From Dictyostelium discoideum (lineage: Eukaryota), in assembly GCA_000004695.1 (NCBI GenBank), contig CM000155.2, positions 608,001 to 672,000 on the forward strand: DNA of 64,000 nt, given 5' to 3'. Position 1 is the stretch's first letter; each line of letters starts with the position of its first letter. Position numbers and translations under genes: made by a program. Under the pieces are notes generated by a model, which did no database searches, had not been told where the DNA came from, and worked only from the letters and a program-made list of their open reading frames with translations. Shown one piece after another: positions 33,379 through 48,015 of this stretch.

Positions 33379-35436
33379 ATGTTTTCTAGATTGTTAAATA
33401 GAGGAAACGGTGGTGTAAATAAAAATATAACATCAGGACTATTATTAAGGAGAACAACAACAACAACAACAAGATTATCATATATTAATAATAGTCCTAC
33501 CTTATCAATTAGATCATTTTGTTCAAAATCAACAACAATAACATCAGATGAAAAGTTAGATTTATCAGGTTATACAACAGATAGAATTAGAAATTTTTCA
33601 ATTATAGCGCATATTGATCATGGTAAAACAACATTAAGTACAAAGTTATTATCATTGACAGGTACATTACCAAAGAGTATATATGGTAGTGGTGAAGATA
33701 GTTTGGTTCAAAAAGAAAAGAGTGAAGAAAGAAGAGAACAATATCTTGATAAATTACAAGTCGAAAAAGAGAGAGGTATAACAGTGAAGGCTCAAACATG
33801 TACAATGAAATATCGTAATAAAGAAGATGGCAAAGATTATCTATTGAATCTTATCGATACACCAGGTCATGTTGATTTTTCCTATGAAGTTAGTAGAAGT
33901 TTAATGGCATGTCAAGGCGCGCTATTGGTGGTTGATGCAGTTCAAGGCGTGCAAGCTCAAACAATGGCAAACTATTATTTAGCCTTGGATTCAGGGTTAG
34001 AAGTTATTCCAGTTATAAATAAAATAGATTTACCAACTGCCGATGTAGAAAGAGTGAAACAAGAATTGAAAGATGCTTTTGGATTTCATCCAGATGATGC
34101 AGTGTTGGTATCGGCTAAAACTGGTGTTGGTATCACTGATATCCTTCCAGCGGTAATCGATCGTATCCCACCACCTCAAGAACCAACTAAATCACCCAAA
34201 GTACCCTTCAAAGCATTGTTATTCGATTCATGGTTCGATAGATTCAGAGGAGTGATTTGTTTAATTAAAGTTGTGGATGGTAAAGTGAAAAAGGGTGATT
34301 CGATAGTATCAGCTGGTAATAAACAAACCTATGAAGTATTCGATGTTGGTATTATGCATCCTGAACAAAGACCAGCTCCTTCACTATTCACAGGTCAAGT
34401 AGGTTATATAACACCAGGTATGAAAACTAGTAAAGAGGCAAGAGTTGGTGATACTTTCTACATGAAAGACTTCCCTGTGGAACCATTACCAGGTTTTCAA
34501 CCTGCCAAACAAATGGTGTTTGCTGGTATTTATCCAGTGGATTCTTTGGATTACACTCAGTTGAGAGAATCATTTGAAAAGTTAATGTTAACCGACTCGA
34601 GTATATCAATGACCAATGAAACTTCAGTTGCATTGGGTATGGGTTTTAGATGTGGTTTCCTTGGCTTACTTCATATGGATGTGGTTTTACAACGTCTAGA
34701 GCAAGAGTATGGTCAAGTGGTTATTGCAACACCACCAACCGTACCATATAGATGTTTATTAACCGATGGTAAGGAGATATTGATTTCAAACCCTGCTGGG
34801 TACCCTTCTGCTGAACATTTATCAAAAACTTTTGAACCAATGGTAACTGGTCATGTTACATTACCAACTGAATATTTTGGTGCTGTCGTTAAACTTTGTA
34901 TGGATAGTAGAGGTATTTTAACCAATCAAGAAACATTGGAAGGTAATCGTACCAGAATCACATTCAATTTCCCTTTGGGTGAAATCGTTACCGATTTCTA
35001 TGACAATCTCAAAAGAATTAGCTCAGGTTATGCTTCTTTGGATTATGAAGACAATGGTTATCAAGAATCTGATGTTGCAAAAGTTAGAGTACTATTAAAT
35101 GGTGAGGAAGTCGATTCCCTATCAGCAATCGTACATAAATCAAATGCTCAAAGATATTCTCGTTCTTTGGTTAAACGTTTAAGAAAAGTTATCGATCGTC
35201 AAATGTTTCAAGTTAATATTCAAGCTATGGTCGGTAGTGATGTTCAAGCTCGTGAAACTATCTCTGCCATGAGAAAAGATGTAACTGCAAAATGTTATGG
35301 TGGTGATATTACTCGTCGTAGAAAGTTATTGGATAAACAAAAAGAAGGTAAAAAGAGAATGAAACAAATGGGTTGTGTTGAACTTAGTCAAGAAGGTTTC
35401 CTTAAACTTATGAAATCAACAAATGATGATGATTAA
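33379..35436 (+). CDS. guf1: Translation factor GUF1 (LepA/EF4 homologue), mitochondrial, single exon, 685 aa.
   Basis: N-terminal presequence. G-domain NFSIIAHIDHGKTTL...DTPGHVDF...NKIDL. C-terminal LepA_C-type tail ...AKCYGGDITRRRKLLDKQKEGKKRMKQMG. Confidence 0.9.
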   Translation: MFSRLLNRGNGGVNKNITSGLLLRRTTTTTTRLSYINNSPTLSIRSFCSKSTTITSDEKLDLSGYTTDRIRNFSIIAHIDHGKTTLSTKLLSLTGTLPKSIYGSGEDSLVQKEKSEERREQYLDKLQVEKERGITVKAQTCTMKYRNKEDGKDYLLNLIDTPGHVDFSYEVSRSLMACQGALLVVDAVQGVQAQTMANYYLALDSGLEVIPVINKIDLPTADVERVKQELKDAFGFHPDDAVLVSAKTGVGITDILPAVIDRIPPPQEPTKSPKVPFKALLFDSWFDRFRGVICLIKVVDGKVKKGDSIVSAGNKQTYEVFDVGIMHPEQRPAPSLFTGQVGYITPGMKTSKEARVGDTFYMKDFPVEPLPGFQPAKQMVFAGIYPVDSLDYTQLRESFEKLMLTDSSISMTNETSVALGMGFRCGFLGLLHMDVVLQRLEQEYGQVVIATPPTVPYRCLLTDGKEILISNPAGYPSAEHLSKTFEPMVTGHVTLPTEYFGAVVKLCMDSRGILTNQETLEGNRTRITFNFPLGEIVTDFYDNLKRISSGYASLDYEDNGYQESDVAKVRVLLNGEEVDSLSAIVHKSNAQRYSRSLVKRLRKVIDRQMFQVNIQAMVGSDVQARETISAMRKDVTAKCYGGDITRRRKLLDKQKEGKKRMKQMGCVELSQEGFLKLMKSTNDDD

Positions 35437-35918
35437 ATGATTGAAAAATTTAAAAATAAATAAATAAATAAATTATATTACTATTTTTTTTTTTTTTAAA
35501 TTTTTTATTAGAATTTGGTATGGAAAAGATTCTTTTAATCATTTTTTTTTTTAATTTTTTTTGTGCATTAAAATTATTGACTTAAAAATCCATTTTTCTG
35601 AGCTAATTTCTATTTAAAAATTGAAGAGATTAAAAAAAATTAAATTGCCAAAAAGATAATTTGATTATCAAACAAATCAATACCTGGTACGAAATTAAAA
35701 TTGCGGGTGGGAATTTTTTTTTTTTTTAACTTAAAAATAGTTTTTAATTTTTATAGTTTTTATCCTAAAATTTTGATTTCTGAGGTATGTGTATATTAAA
35801 AATTTAAGATATCAAAAAAAAAAAAAAAAAAAAAAAAAAATATTAATAATAAAAATGTATAAATATAAAAACTATTTTTTATTTAGAACAAAGTAATAAA
35901 AAAAAAATAATAATAAAA

Positions 35919-36277
35919 ATGAAATTTTTAATTTCTTTAATTTTAATTTTATCAATCGTATATAATAATTGTAATGCCTTTTCTTTAAACAAAAACTCTA
36001 ATAAAAAAGTATTGGACTATGATATTTGTTTCCCATCTGGTTCAACTGGAATCAATGGATTCAGAACTAATATACTTGGCGTTGGTTATAATTCATTATA
36101 TCCAAATGGTGATGGTGCAATTTCATCATACATTGAAGAAAACCAAATCGATGTTGATTTTGAAAACCAAAGATTATTTGCAAATTACTTTATGAAATTA
36201 GATGGAAATACTGAAAATATCTTTGGAAGTTTTTGGGCATTTTCATCAAATGTAATGTATCTCTCAAATAATTTAAT

Positions 36278-36335
<58 letters not shown>

Positions 36336-36794
36336 TTAATACTAATAAAATCTTTTTATTTTTTTATATTTAATTTAAAATTTATATATAAATTATTATA
36401 GAAAACTGAATATTACTATATAGTTGATAATGATGGTGTTTATAATTGTTATTCATCAGAAATGGATTATGAAATTTCAGCAAATTTCGAATTAGATTAT
36501 GTCTCTGAAAATCAAATCGGTGCAACCCCATGTGAAGTTTATCATTTAAAATCAAATTTATTACAAAATACTACTATTCAAAGTATTATTGTTGACAAAT
36601 CCCAATGTGCATTAACAGCTTCAATTCTTACCATGGTTTCTCCAGCTAGTACAGGAGTTACATTGGTAAACTATTTCAACTATAATCCAAGCTCAAATCC
36701 AATTAATTATGAATTACCGGTAGAATGTGGAAATCCAGTCCCAATTAATCAAGTTATCAGACCAAGATCATTAAACTTATTTAAACAACATTAA
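35919..36794 (+). CDS. Hypothetical secreted protein (signal peptide), probably 2 exons.
   Basis: MKFLISLILILSIVYNNCNA signal. Proposed exon 1 is 35919-36251, ending ...AFSSN with donor gtaatg. The intron contains an A50 tract. Exon 2 is 36402-36794 (KTEYYYIVDNDGVYNCY...), in frame. The intron is inferred in order to avoid a poly-Lys read-through. Confidence 0.5.
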
Positions 36795-37329
36795 ATTTAA
36801 TAAGTCAAATAAACTTTTTTATTATTATATATCTTTTATTTTTATATTAGTTTATTCTATTGTTGTTGAATTTCTTTTTTCAAATATAAGTTTTAGATGG
36901 CATATCTACTAAATAATATTATCCATATTGTTTAGTTTTTTATTTATTACCTACTCTTTTTTAAAAAATACAGATAATAATAGGTAATTATTAATTTTAA
37001 AATTATTTTGTTATATGAATTGTATCACATTAATATTTTTTGTTTTATTTATTTTTTGATTTTTTGATTTTTTTTTTTTGATTAAATTTTTTTTTTTTAT
37101 TATTTATTTGTATTAAATTGAGTTAAAAAAAATAATTTAAAATCAAAGTTTCACAAATAATATCTCATAGTTTTATTTTTTATTTTTTTTTTTTTTAGGT
37201 GTATTATGAAACTTTTTCAAATCCATTTTAAATCAAATAACAAAATTTTAAATTAAAAAAACCCTTTAATTTAATTTTAAATAAATGTTTTACACAAAGA
37301 AAAAAAAAAAAATTAATTATTTATTCATT

Positions 37330-38436
37330 TTAAGGTGAAGTTGTAGTAGTGGTAGTGGTAGTTGTAGTCGTTGTAGTGTTATTATTATTATTATTAATTG
37401 AAAGTATAACCTGTGGTTTATAACTAAATAAATAATCAATTATTGATTGTCTTGATTCAGGTGGTGATTGAATTAATTTATAGATAATAAAATGTTGAAA
37501 TAATAATTTTGTTCTAAAGGTTGGTGATAAATTTTGAAGGAGAGCAGCTATCAATTCATTTTTAATGATTGTTGAAGAAGGTGAAGAAGAAGGTAACTGT
37601 TTATGATTATTAATGAAATCAAAGAGCACAGAGGAGATACCAGAGATTAAAGATGTATGAACGTTCATTTGAGATTTATCTAAACGACAACTTTCCAATA
37701 CGTCTTCATGTAAATCAACCAATACTCTACTTGAATTTCTATTTGCAATATCACCTAAAACCGATGGTGGTAAATCTTTGATTACCATTGAGATCTCTTT
37801 TTTAAAATTCTCTGATTCCTTTTGATCATTTTCATTAACGCTAGTAAAACTAATTAAAACTGCGTAAAAACTGATTAAATTCTCTTTTGATTGAATTGAA
37901 TAAACATTTTTAAAATGTTCAATGATAGTGTTTACAATTGAGAATTTAATTTTTTCATTATCAACTTTTGATAGAATACTTTGCATTTCTTTGAATTGTT
38001 TCTCTAATGTATCTGATTCCTCTAATGATAGATTATGAATTATATGACTATATATTAAATCTTCATCAATTTCACCTTCTTCATTTAAATAATCTTTAAT
38101 CTTTTTTTTATAATCTTTTAAACTTATTGTTGGTTTTTGATCTATATTTTTAAATGAATTTAATGATTGTTGTTGTTGTGTTGGAGATTGTGGTTGCTGC
38201 TGTTGTTGAGTTGGTCTTTGTTGTGAAGTTGTTGGATTATTACTATTATTATTGCTATTGCTATTGCTATTATTATTATTATTATTATTATTATTTATAG
38301 TTATAGAATGTTGTGGTTGTTGTTGTTGTTCTTCTTGTCCATCTTGTTGTTCAATTTGATTTTGTAGTTGTCTTGGATAAAAGAAAGATGCAATCCATGT
38401 GTACCATGACATTGACCATTGATATAATCCTTCCAT
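37330..38436 (-). CDS. Hypothetical protein, 368 aa, with an N-terminal hydrophobic segment and a Gln-rich region.
   Basis: ORF-track ORF MEGLYQWSMSWYTWIASFFYP... No recognised domain. Confidence 0.45.
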   Translation of the reverse strand: MEGLYQWSMSWYTWIASFFYPRQLQNQIEQQDGQEEQQQQPQHSITINNNNNNNNNSNSNSNNNSNNPTTSQQRPTQQQQQPQSPTQQQQSLNSFKNIDQKPTISLKDYKKKIKDYLNEEGEIDEDLIYSHIIHNLSLEESDTLEKQFKEMQSILSKVDNEKIKFSIVNTIIEHFKNVYSIQSKENLISFYAVLISFTSVNENDQKESENFKKEISMVIKDLPPSVLGDIANRNSSRVLVDLHEDVLESCRLDKSQMNVHTSLISGISSVLFDFINNHKQLPSSSPSSTIIKNELIAALLQNLSPTFRTKLLFQHFIIYKLIQSPPESRQSIIDYLFSYKPQVILSINNNNNNTTTTTTTTTTTTTSP

Positions 38437-38776
38437 TTTATTAATATTATTATTTTTACTTTATCACCTATTCAAATAAACCTATTCAAAATTATAATTT
38501 CTTTTTTTTTTAATATTTGTTGTGTGTGGGGTTGGTATATTTTTAAAAAAATGAAAAATTTAAAAAAAAAAATTAAATTAAAAAATAAAAAATAAAAAAT
38601 TATTTTCTTGTTACCAAAAAAAAAAAAAAAAAAAAAAAAATGATTTTTTATTTTTTTTATTTTTTTTTTATTTTTTTATTTTTCTTTATATTTTACTTTT
38701 GATTACCAAAAGTGGATTTTGGATCAAAAACCTGGAAAAAATTTTATTTTACTTTTTTTTTTTTTTTTAAAACTTT

Positions 38777-39058
38777 TCATTCAACTATGAATTGTAAAGT
38801 ATGTTTTGGATCAGCTTGTTTAAAATTTTTGTTTTTTGTTTTTCTTTTTTCAGGTGGTTTCAAAGCATTTTGATTTGCTTTTGGTCTGGAAATTAAATAA
38901 TGACAAATATTATATAAAGTAATTGCATCACCTGGTACATTCGAATTATTTGATAATGATATTAAATTTGTAGAATCATCTTCAATATTACTTTTTAATT
39001 CTTTTCTCTTTGAAGAATCTAAATAAGATTTTATACCACCACCAACATGTTTTACCAT
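38777..39058 (-). CDS. Small hypothetical protein, 93 aa.
   Basis: ORF MVKHVGGGIKSYLDSSKRKELK... with a true ATG and an AT-rich 5' flank. Confidence 0.35.
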   Translation of the reverse strand: MVKHVGGGIKSYLDSSKRKELKSNIEDDSTNLISLSNNSNVPGDAITLYNICHYLISRPKANQNALKPPEKRKTKNKNFKQADPKHTLQFIVE

Positions 39059-39181
39059 CCTTAACCATTGAATTTGTTTTTCGATACTATTTTATTAATA
39101 ATAAAAAAAAAAAAAAAAAAAAAAAATGTTAATATATTATTAATAAAATAAAATGAAATAAAAATTAAATAAATAAATATT

Positions 39182-39968
39182 TTACCTAGAATAAGTTTCT
39201 TCAGGAGAAATAAACCAATTATCTCTAGTTTTTTTAGAATTAATTGAGGAGATCAATTTCTCTTTAAAGATTTTAAAATATTTTGAAATTTTTTTATTTA
39301 TTCTTTCTTGACCTTCTTTTGAATTATAGTATGTTAATCTCTCCAAATCATTATGTCTTTCATATTTTTTAATTTTATTTGTTGTATATTTATTTATGAA
39401 TAATTTTTGAATTCTTTTAAAATCTGAAATATCAATAAAACTATTTGAATTTACAATATTTTGAAAAATTATAAAATGTAATGCCATTGGTTCTTTTTTA
39501 ATTACTGCATTCACTGAATCGAATAAAACACTATTTCTACTATATAAGGTTGGTATACCATTCTTATATTTTTCATCAATTTTAATTTTAATTGTTAATT
39601 TTCTAGGTGGTAAAATTAATTTTTGTTTCTTTTTATTATTATTATTATTTTCATCATCATTATTGAAATTATTACTTTGAAATTTTTCAAATAAATTTTC
39701 AGAATCACTTGAATCTATATCTGATTCTGAAATTTCTGATGTTGAATCTGAAGAAAGAGTTGGTGATGAAATATTATCAATTTTTCTTTTTTTATCATTA
39801 TTTATATTATTATTATTAATTTCATCAACTTCGTTAATACTATTATTGTTAATATTATTATTGTTATTATTATTATTATTAATATTATTATTAATATTAT
39901 TATCATTATTATTATTATCATCATCTTTATTATTGTTATTAATATTATTAATATTATTATTAATATTT

Positions 39969-40045
<77 letters not shown>

Positions 40046-40267
40046 ATTATTATTATTATTATTATTAAAATTATTATTTAAATTAAATTCTTTAATTAAT
40101 TTTGTTTCCAATTGTGAACTACCACCATATAATATTGCAATTGGGGAATAACAATTATCCACTATTCCTTTATTAAGTAATAGTTTATTATTTTCATTTT
40201 TGATATGAGAACTAATAATAGTATTTTTTAAGATACTACTATTCCTATTTATAATATGTTTAACCAT
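39182..40267 (-). CDS. Hypothetical Asn-rich protein, 361 aa.
   Basis: ORF MVKHIINRNSSILKNTIISSHIKN... with a long (AAT)n poly-N. No recognised domain. Confidence 0.45.
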
Positions 40268-40951
40268 TGTTTATATTTAGAAATTTTTAAAAGAAGAAAA
40301 AGGAATAAAACAAAAAAAAAAAAAAAGTTAAAATTCATGGTTTAATTTACAAAAAGTAAAAAAAAAAAATAAATAAAAAAAATAAAAAAAAATATAAAAA
40401 TAAAAAAAAATAAAACAAAAAAAACTTCACCCCCTTCCCCCGATTAAGTAAATTAAAACACGAAAAATATGAAAAAAAAACAAAATAAAAAAAAAAAAAA
40501 AAAAAAAAACAAAAAAAAAAAAAAAAATTAATAAAAGAGGGAAATTAAAATGGAAGTATTTTTGATTTAATTAAAAAATAAAAATAAAAATAAATAAAAT
40601 TATTCGTCAAATTAGGTATTCCCTAAATTCTTTTTTTTTTTATTTTATTTTTTATTTTATATTTTTTTTTTTTTTAAATTTAGTAAAATAAAAATTTTTA
40701 CAAGCTAGCTAGTCTGGGTTAAGTAAAAAATCTTTTAATTAATTTAAAGATTTTTTACTTAACCCAATTGCTGTTCATATGAAGTCTGTTTTTTTTTTAT
40801 TGTTGAATTGGAAATTATTATTTATTTATTTTATTTTTTTAATTTTTAAATTCTAAACAAAAAATAAATAAAAAGAAAAATAAATACCATATTATTATTA
40901 TATTTTTTTTTTTTATATTTTTTTTATTTTATTTTATTTTATTTTTTTTTT

Positions 40952-43900
40952 TTAAACATTAGAAAGTTTTAAACTAAACCAAATAAAAGAATCAAGAGAT
41001 AATCTAAAAATTTGTTGTTTAATTGAATCAGTTCTTTCATAATAAGCTAAAAGGTAATCACCATGAAGTGTTATATTTAAAGCGGCGATTGATGAAGGTG
41101 GAATATCACCAGTACAAACGAATTGATTCCATTCAAAAGTTTCTAAATTTAGGATATGAATTTGATTGAGTAATCTTGCTTTATTGAACCAACCACCAAT
41201 AACAATCAAAGAATTATTCCAAAGTATACTACTATGACCAACCATTGGTAATGGTGGAATACCTTTACATTCGATTTCAACCCAACCATTTTTATTTGTA
41301 GTTGGAACTGTGAATTTAAATCTATGGAAAGAATCTTCAATTGAAGAGATAACAAAAGTTAATGTATCATTGAAAACTGTAACCGATGGACCATCAGGGA
41401 AATCGATTTTATTTTTCAATTCTTTCTTCAAGAGGAATGGTAAATTAATTTCCTTTGGAGCATTCTCACCAATGAATACTTGATAAATCTTTTTAGATTG
41501 GATTTTAATGATTTCACGATCGTCAGGTGTTTGATTTGGTAAAGATTTGAAAGTTTTAATAGCTTCATAAAACATTAAATTCTCTTCATTGAATTCTGAT
41601 TGCATGTGAGTATAAAATGCTTTATAGGTGGTTGACTGTTTATTATTCAATACAACCATTAATTTATCCTCGAATAGCATGCTTGAAAGATTTAATGCAA
41701 ACACTTTTGAATGTGGTTTCGATGAATTATTCCAACCACCGAAATGGATGATTTTATCTTGATAAATGATTGAACCACCAGATGGTAATGGATGGTCAGA
41801 GTAAATGTTATTATCCGACGCTAAACTCTTATAACTATGTTCCTTTGATTCAATCTCTTTCTTTATCGTATAGAGTTGTGATATTATTTTAGATGGTGAT
41901 GGACGATTCAATGGTTCACCTGACCAACAATCTTTAATTAAATCTGCAAATGATGGTAAACAATCTAATGGAATCGATGGACGTTGACCACTAATAACAA
42001 TATTTGAGAATCTATCATGATCTTGGAATGCTATTGATCTAGTTAACAATTCATATAAAATAATACCAAATGAATAGACATCACTATTTTCATGATAATT
42101 TAATTTTTGTAATACTTCTGGTGAATGATATGATTTTGGTGTTGTACTAGTTGGAAATAGTGACGGTAAAAATGATGATTGTGAAAAATCTATAATTTTT
42201 GCATTTACAAATGGTTCAATTTCAAGACCATTGCCACTTGACTGATGGTCATTTGATTTCTCTAAAATTATACCAGAACTTGTTAAATTTGTTAATAGGA
42301 AAGGTGGAGAATGTGAATTTAATTTATCCATTGCACGAGCTATATCCAATGCAATCTTTAATTTAATATTCCATGGAATTTCAGGATGCTTTTGTCTGTC
42401 TTGAATATACTCTGATAGGGTTGTGCTACCTTTACTACCGAATGTCGGATTCTCTGTTATGATTGCGATTGGGTTCATTGAAATACCAATTATCGATAAA
42501 ACATTTGAATGACGGAAATTATATAATGACAATGCTTCATGTCTAAAACTTGATAGAATACGAGCACAATTATTTTGGAAATCTGCGCCCAACAATGGAG
42601 CATTGAATACTTTAATATTTACAAACTGTTTACCATACATTCCCATCATTGATTGTGTTGATGTACCATTTTCATTTTGATTAGAATGATCTGGTAAAAC
42701 TTCAATCTCTCTATAATCAATTTCTTTAATAAAATGACAAATTGAAAATTGATCTAATAATAGTGATCGAATTGGTACCAAAAATGAATCATCTCTATAA
42801 ATTTCAACTTTTCTTTCTTTTTCTTTTTCTTTATCTTTATCTTTTTCTTTTTCTTTTTCTTTTTCTTTATTTTGTTTTGCTAATTCTTTCAAATCTTTTT
42901 TAGATAAACTATTATTATTATCATTATTATTTGATTGAATTAGGTTTTTAGAATCTTTTCTTGAAATCTTTGGATTTGATCTAGATGAAGCAATTGGTGA
43001 ACTTGTATCATTTGAACTATTATTGTTATTTGGTTTATATTGACAATAAATACCTAATTCACCTTTAAATATTTGTGCTTCACATTCTTCCAATTTAAAT
43101 AAATGAGGTGTAACGATTTTCTTTTCAATACAATGACTACATGGTATAAAAGTTTTAAATGATACTTTATACCATTTTGAAACTAAAGATTCGAAAATAC
43201 TATAAACTTGACTTGATAAGGTTGATGGTCTAATAAATCTTATTGTAATTTCAATTGTATTACTATCATGATCAACATTTACTAAAATACGTTCTTCACG
43301 GAATTGTTGTTGTAATGTGTTGTTGGAAGATCCTGATGCTAATGATTGGAGAGTTGTTGCTGATGTTGTTGTTGTTGAGTTTGCTGTTGATGATGATGAT
43401 GATGATGATGTTGTTGACATTGATGCTATCTCTGGTACTAAAATTGCTAAATCCTTCCAACATTTATAAAGATGAGCATGTTGCATTAGTCTACTTAATA
43501 ATCTACCAAATAAACCATTTGGAATTACATCTAATGAGAATCTTCTTGAAAATTGATGAATTTCAGGTGACTCTGGAAAAGCTTCCCAAATACCTGGTAA
43601 ATCAATGATTGGTATCATTGATGAAATATTATTCAAATTTAATGCATTACTTAATGAAGATGATGAAGATGATGAATTTGAACTAATTGAACAATTACCA
43701 TTGATTGATAGTTGTGGTGGTGGTGCTAATAATGATGAAACCAATGCCCAACCAACACGAGCATTAAATGAACTTGAACGACCATTTCTAACTTTTTGAT
43801 TTGATGTAAAACTTGATAAACTACTTGTATTATTTAAATTAACACCAAAATAAGAATTACTGCGATTTGCTTCATGAATACTCATTGATCTTGATCCTGA

Positions 43901-46900
43901 TCTACCACGACCTACATTATTGCCATTGCTATTATTATTATTATTATTATTAACTTCTAATGAATAAATATTAATTGCTAAATCATTACTTTCTAATAAT
44001 GATAAAAATAATGAAAAGAATCTTTCAGGTACATAATATTTTGAATTTGTACCCCAAACATAACGTAAAACTCTATGTGGTAAAATACCAGTGATTGTTG
44101 AATCATGTGATGCATCATTTGCTTCTTCAGCACTAACACTAACATTGAATGGTAAATTTTGAGGATTAAAACAAACCAATGAAGCTATTGCCTTTGCTAT
44201 CCAAATTGGATTCAAAGCAATCATTTCAGTTTTTTGAGGTGTTGAACCTGGTTCCATACGAATGAATTGTTCAAACAATGCAATTGAACCCAATGAATTG
44301 AATAACGATTTCAATTGAGTGAAATGTGGTTCATTATGTAACTCCATTGTACGTGCCATTTGTTGTAGTGTCTTTTTGGTAACCAATGGTGGTGACATTA
44401 AATTTGATTCCTCTTTAAGATAATCCTCTAAAAACATAAAGGAGGCAGGATAGGTTTGTTTTAGTATTGGATTCTTTGCAATCATTTGTTTAATATCTCT
44501 TCTAAGTTTTCTAATTCCATCAGCATCTGATTTCAATGTTGAAACTGCATGAAAAACCAAATTAAGTGTTGGAAATAATTGTTTATATTTTAAAGATAAA
44601 CAATCGAATACTTTATCAACTTGTTTCTTACTATTGGATGAAATCTCATCCAAATGAGTACCAATGATAATGATTGTTGCTTTTTTATCATAATTATTAA
44701 TACCATGTAAATAAGATGTTATCTTTTGTTCATTTGATTTACTTGAACCAAATTTAGATAAATTGAAACAAACTGTATAAATTATATTTGGTACAAAGAA
44801 AACATGACTAATATCATTTTGCATACCTTCAAATTCCCAAAGATGAATTGTAATAGTTTTCTTTTTCTTACCATCTGGACCATCAACATTAATTGGACAT
44901 TGCCAATCTTGAATATCTAAAATATTTGTTTTACTATTACCTGAATTATTTGAATTATTACTGTTTAAATTATTTAATGATGGTAAATTACTTGAAGAAG
45001 ATGAAAAACTTGATTTTGGTAATTTTTTTAAACATTTTATTAAATTTGATTTACCAGTTGATTTATCACCCAACATAATGATTCTAGTACGATAACAAGG
45101 TACGTTGGTTCTCATGGTTTCAGAAAAGAATGAGAAAATACCTTCTTTACCTTTTTGAATATATTTCTCTGGTATATTATCTTTTAATGGTTTATTACCA
45201 GTTAATTCTAATGAATTTAATTTCTTTAAAGCTACAATACCAGGTGGTAAACGTGAGATATTATTATTTGTTAATCTAAGTTCAATGAGTGATTGCATTC
45301 TATGAATTGCAGAACTAATCGATTGTAATTGATTATTATCTAAATAAAGTTTCTTTAAATTTGTTAATAATAAAAGTTGGGGTGGTAATGACTGGATTTG
45401 GTTTCCATTTAAATTGAGTTCAGTCAATGATGTTAATTTTTGGATATCAGAAGTTAAATGAGAAATTTGATTATCTGCCAATGTCAATACTTGTAATTCC
45501 ACTAAATTAATTATACCCTCTGGTATGGAGGTTAAATGATTCTTTCTTAAATCCAGTGACCTTAATTTAGTGGATGTGCATATCTTTGGAATACCATTAT
45601 CGTCCAAATCGTTATTACTAACACGTAACACCTCCAATGTCGGGATTTGAAAGATATCAATTGGTAATTTAGTGAGATAGTTATTTGAAATATTTAAAGT
45701 TTTCAATTTTAACCAAGTATACAATGGTGGTAATACCACCAATCTATTACTACTCAATGTCACATTCTCAAGATTACTTAATCTCGTTCCCAAGAAATCT
45801 GCCATCTCTGATGAAATCTCGGTTAAATTATTCTCTTCTATACAAATGGTTCTCAATGATGTTAATCTTGCAAGATCACCTGGTAATAATTTAAATTTAT
45901 TTCTATTCAAATTTAATTCTTGTAAATCTTTAAGTTGTTTAATTTCGTTTGGTAAACTTTCCAACTCTAATGAAAACATATCCAACTTTTGTGGTATAAT
46001 TCTATTCAATTGTGATATTGATTTAGTTACTGAATTTATATATGCATATATTAATTTACATGTTGAAGGTGACTGAAATGAAAATGTTATAACTGTTTTA
46101 GTATCACTACTACAATAAACTGTAAAATTAGGTAATACTTTTAATGATGATGATAGTGATGTTGACGATATTGATGGTGTTGATGATGACGATGATGATG
46201 CTGATGACGAATTTGATATTGATGATGATGACGATGATGATGATGATTGTGGTGGTGTATATAATACAATTTTTAAAATACTGCTAAATAAAATAGCTAA
46301 ATCAGGTTCACCATGATCAATATTAACCTTTGGTCTCCAAACAATTTGTTTATGAAATAACCATAAATTACCAACTGATGATTGATGTTGACTCTTTTGT
46401 GTTGATGTTAATACCTCTTCAATATAAAGAATTTGAGCATCATCTGTATTCATACGTTCTTCAGGTGATTGGAATAAAATATCAGCTTGTTGAATAAACA
46501 TTGTTACAATATCTTTAATTGTCTTTAAATGTGATTCACTAATCTCTTTACTTTGAGCAATTGTTCCAATAGTTGGTCTTAATATAAATTTATGAAATCT
46601 TTCAACTAATAATTCCAATGTAACATCATTAAAATTTGTATATACCATAATATCTTTTAAATATTTCATTAATCTACATAAAATTGATTTATTTGGATTA
46701 TTCATTTTCCTAATCATTAAATGTAATAAAGTTTCTATAAAAAAATAAAAATAAATTTATTAATATATTATTAATATTATTATTATTAAATTGTTTAATA
46801 TATTGATGATATATTAATATTTACCAGTTTGATAATAATTTAAAAGAGTTTCATAAAATTCAACACTTATAATTGGTTCAGGTAAACGATTAAAAAATTC

Positions 46901-47984
46901 AATTAAAATTTCTGAAACAACATGAACATTACATTTTTTAAGTGATACTTCAATACCTTGATCATATTGATTACAAATATTTTCAACTTCTAATTTAATT
47001 GATTTTTGTGATAAATATTGATGTGGTGATGTATTTGTATTTGTTGTTGTTGTAGTAGTAGGCTGTGGTTGTTGTTGTTGTTGTAGTTGATTTATAATAT
47101 TTGGTGATGAATTACCAGATGAACCAGATGAAGAAGATGATGATAATGATGATGATAAATTTGGAGATGTTGGTACACTAATTGTTGGTATGGTTGTATT
47201 TGCAGCAGTTGAGATTGGACTAATACTTGAGGCTAAATTACTAGTACTTGTATTATAATCACCATAAAACAATCTATTTGTTGATAATGCACTACTTGAT
47301 TCTAAGATTGTAAAGATTGAATTTAAAATTGAGGGTATTTGATTACCACTTTCGTTTGGGTAACGTAATATTACACGTAATGGTATACCGAATATACCTT
47401 CGAATGGTACAACTTGAACACTGTTTAAAGAGTTTGGTGATGTGTGACCACTAATTGTACCACTACCACTTGATATAGAGGAGGAGGTTGATTGCTGGTA
47501 TGGTGATGATGGTGTTTTATATTGTTCTTTACTTTGACTAACTAATTTACTCATTCTCTCTTTTGAAAGACTCATTTTACCTAAAAATTGCATAACTTTT
47601 TCACCGGCACCTGCTTGTTTAACACCTGATGATGACGATGATACACCTGTTGAATTCATTAATGGTGACCTATTTTGACTGCTAACTGCAGATGCTGATG
47701 TTTTCTTATTATGATTACCTCTTGGATAACCCATAGTTGGTGATGATGATAATGGCATTTGTGAATCAGAGTTTAGTCCTGTTAAATGTGGTGGTTGTGG
47801 TGATGTTGATTGAATAATTGGCGATGTAACACCACTTGATTGATTACTACTGCTACCATGAGTATTACTATTATTATTATTATTACCACCATTATCAATA
47901 CCACTACCTGACATTGATAATGAACCACTGGTACCATTTGAAGGTGAATGATTACCATTCATTGGATGTTGTGGTTGTTTATTG

Positions 47985-48015
<31 letters not shown>

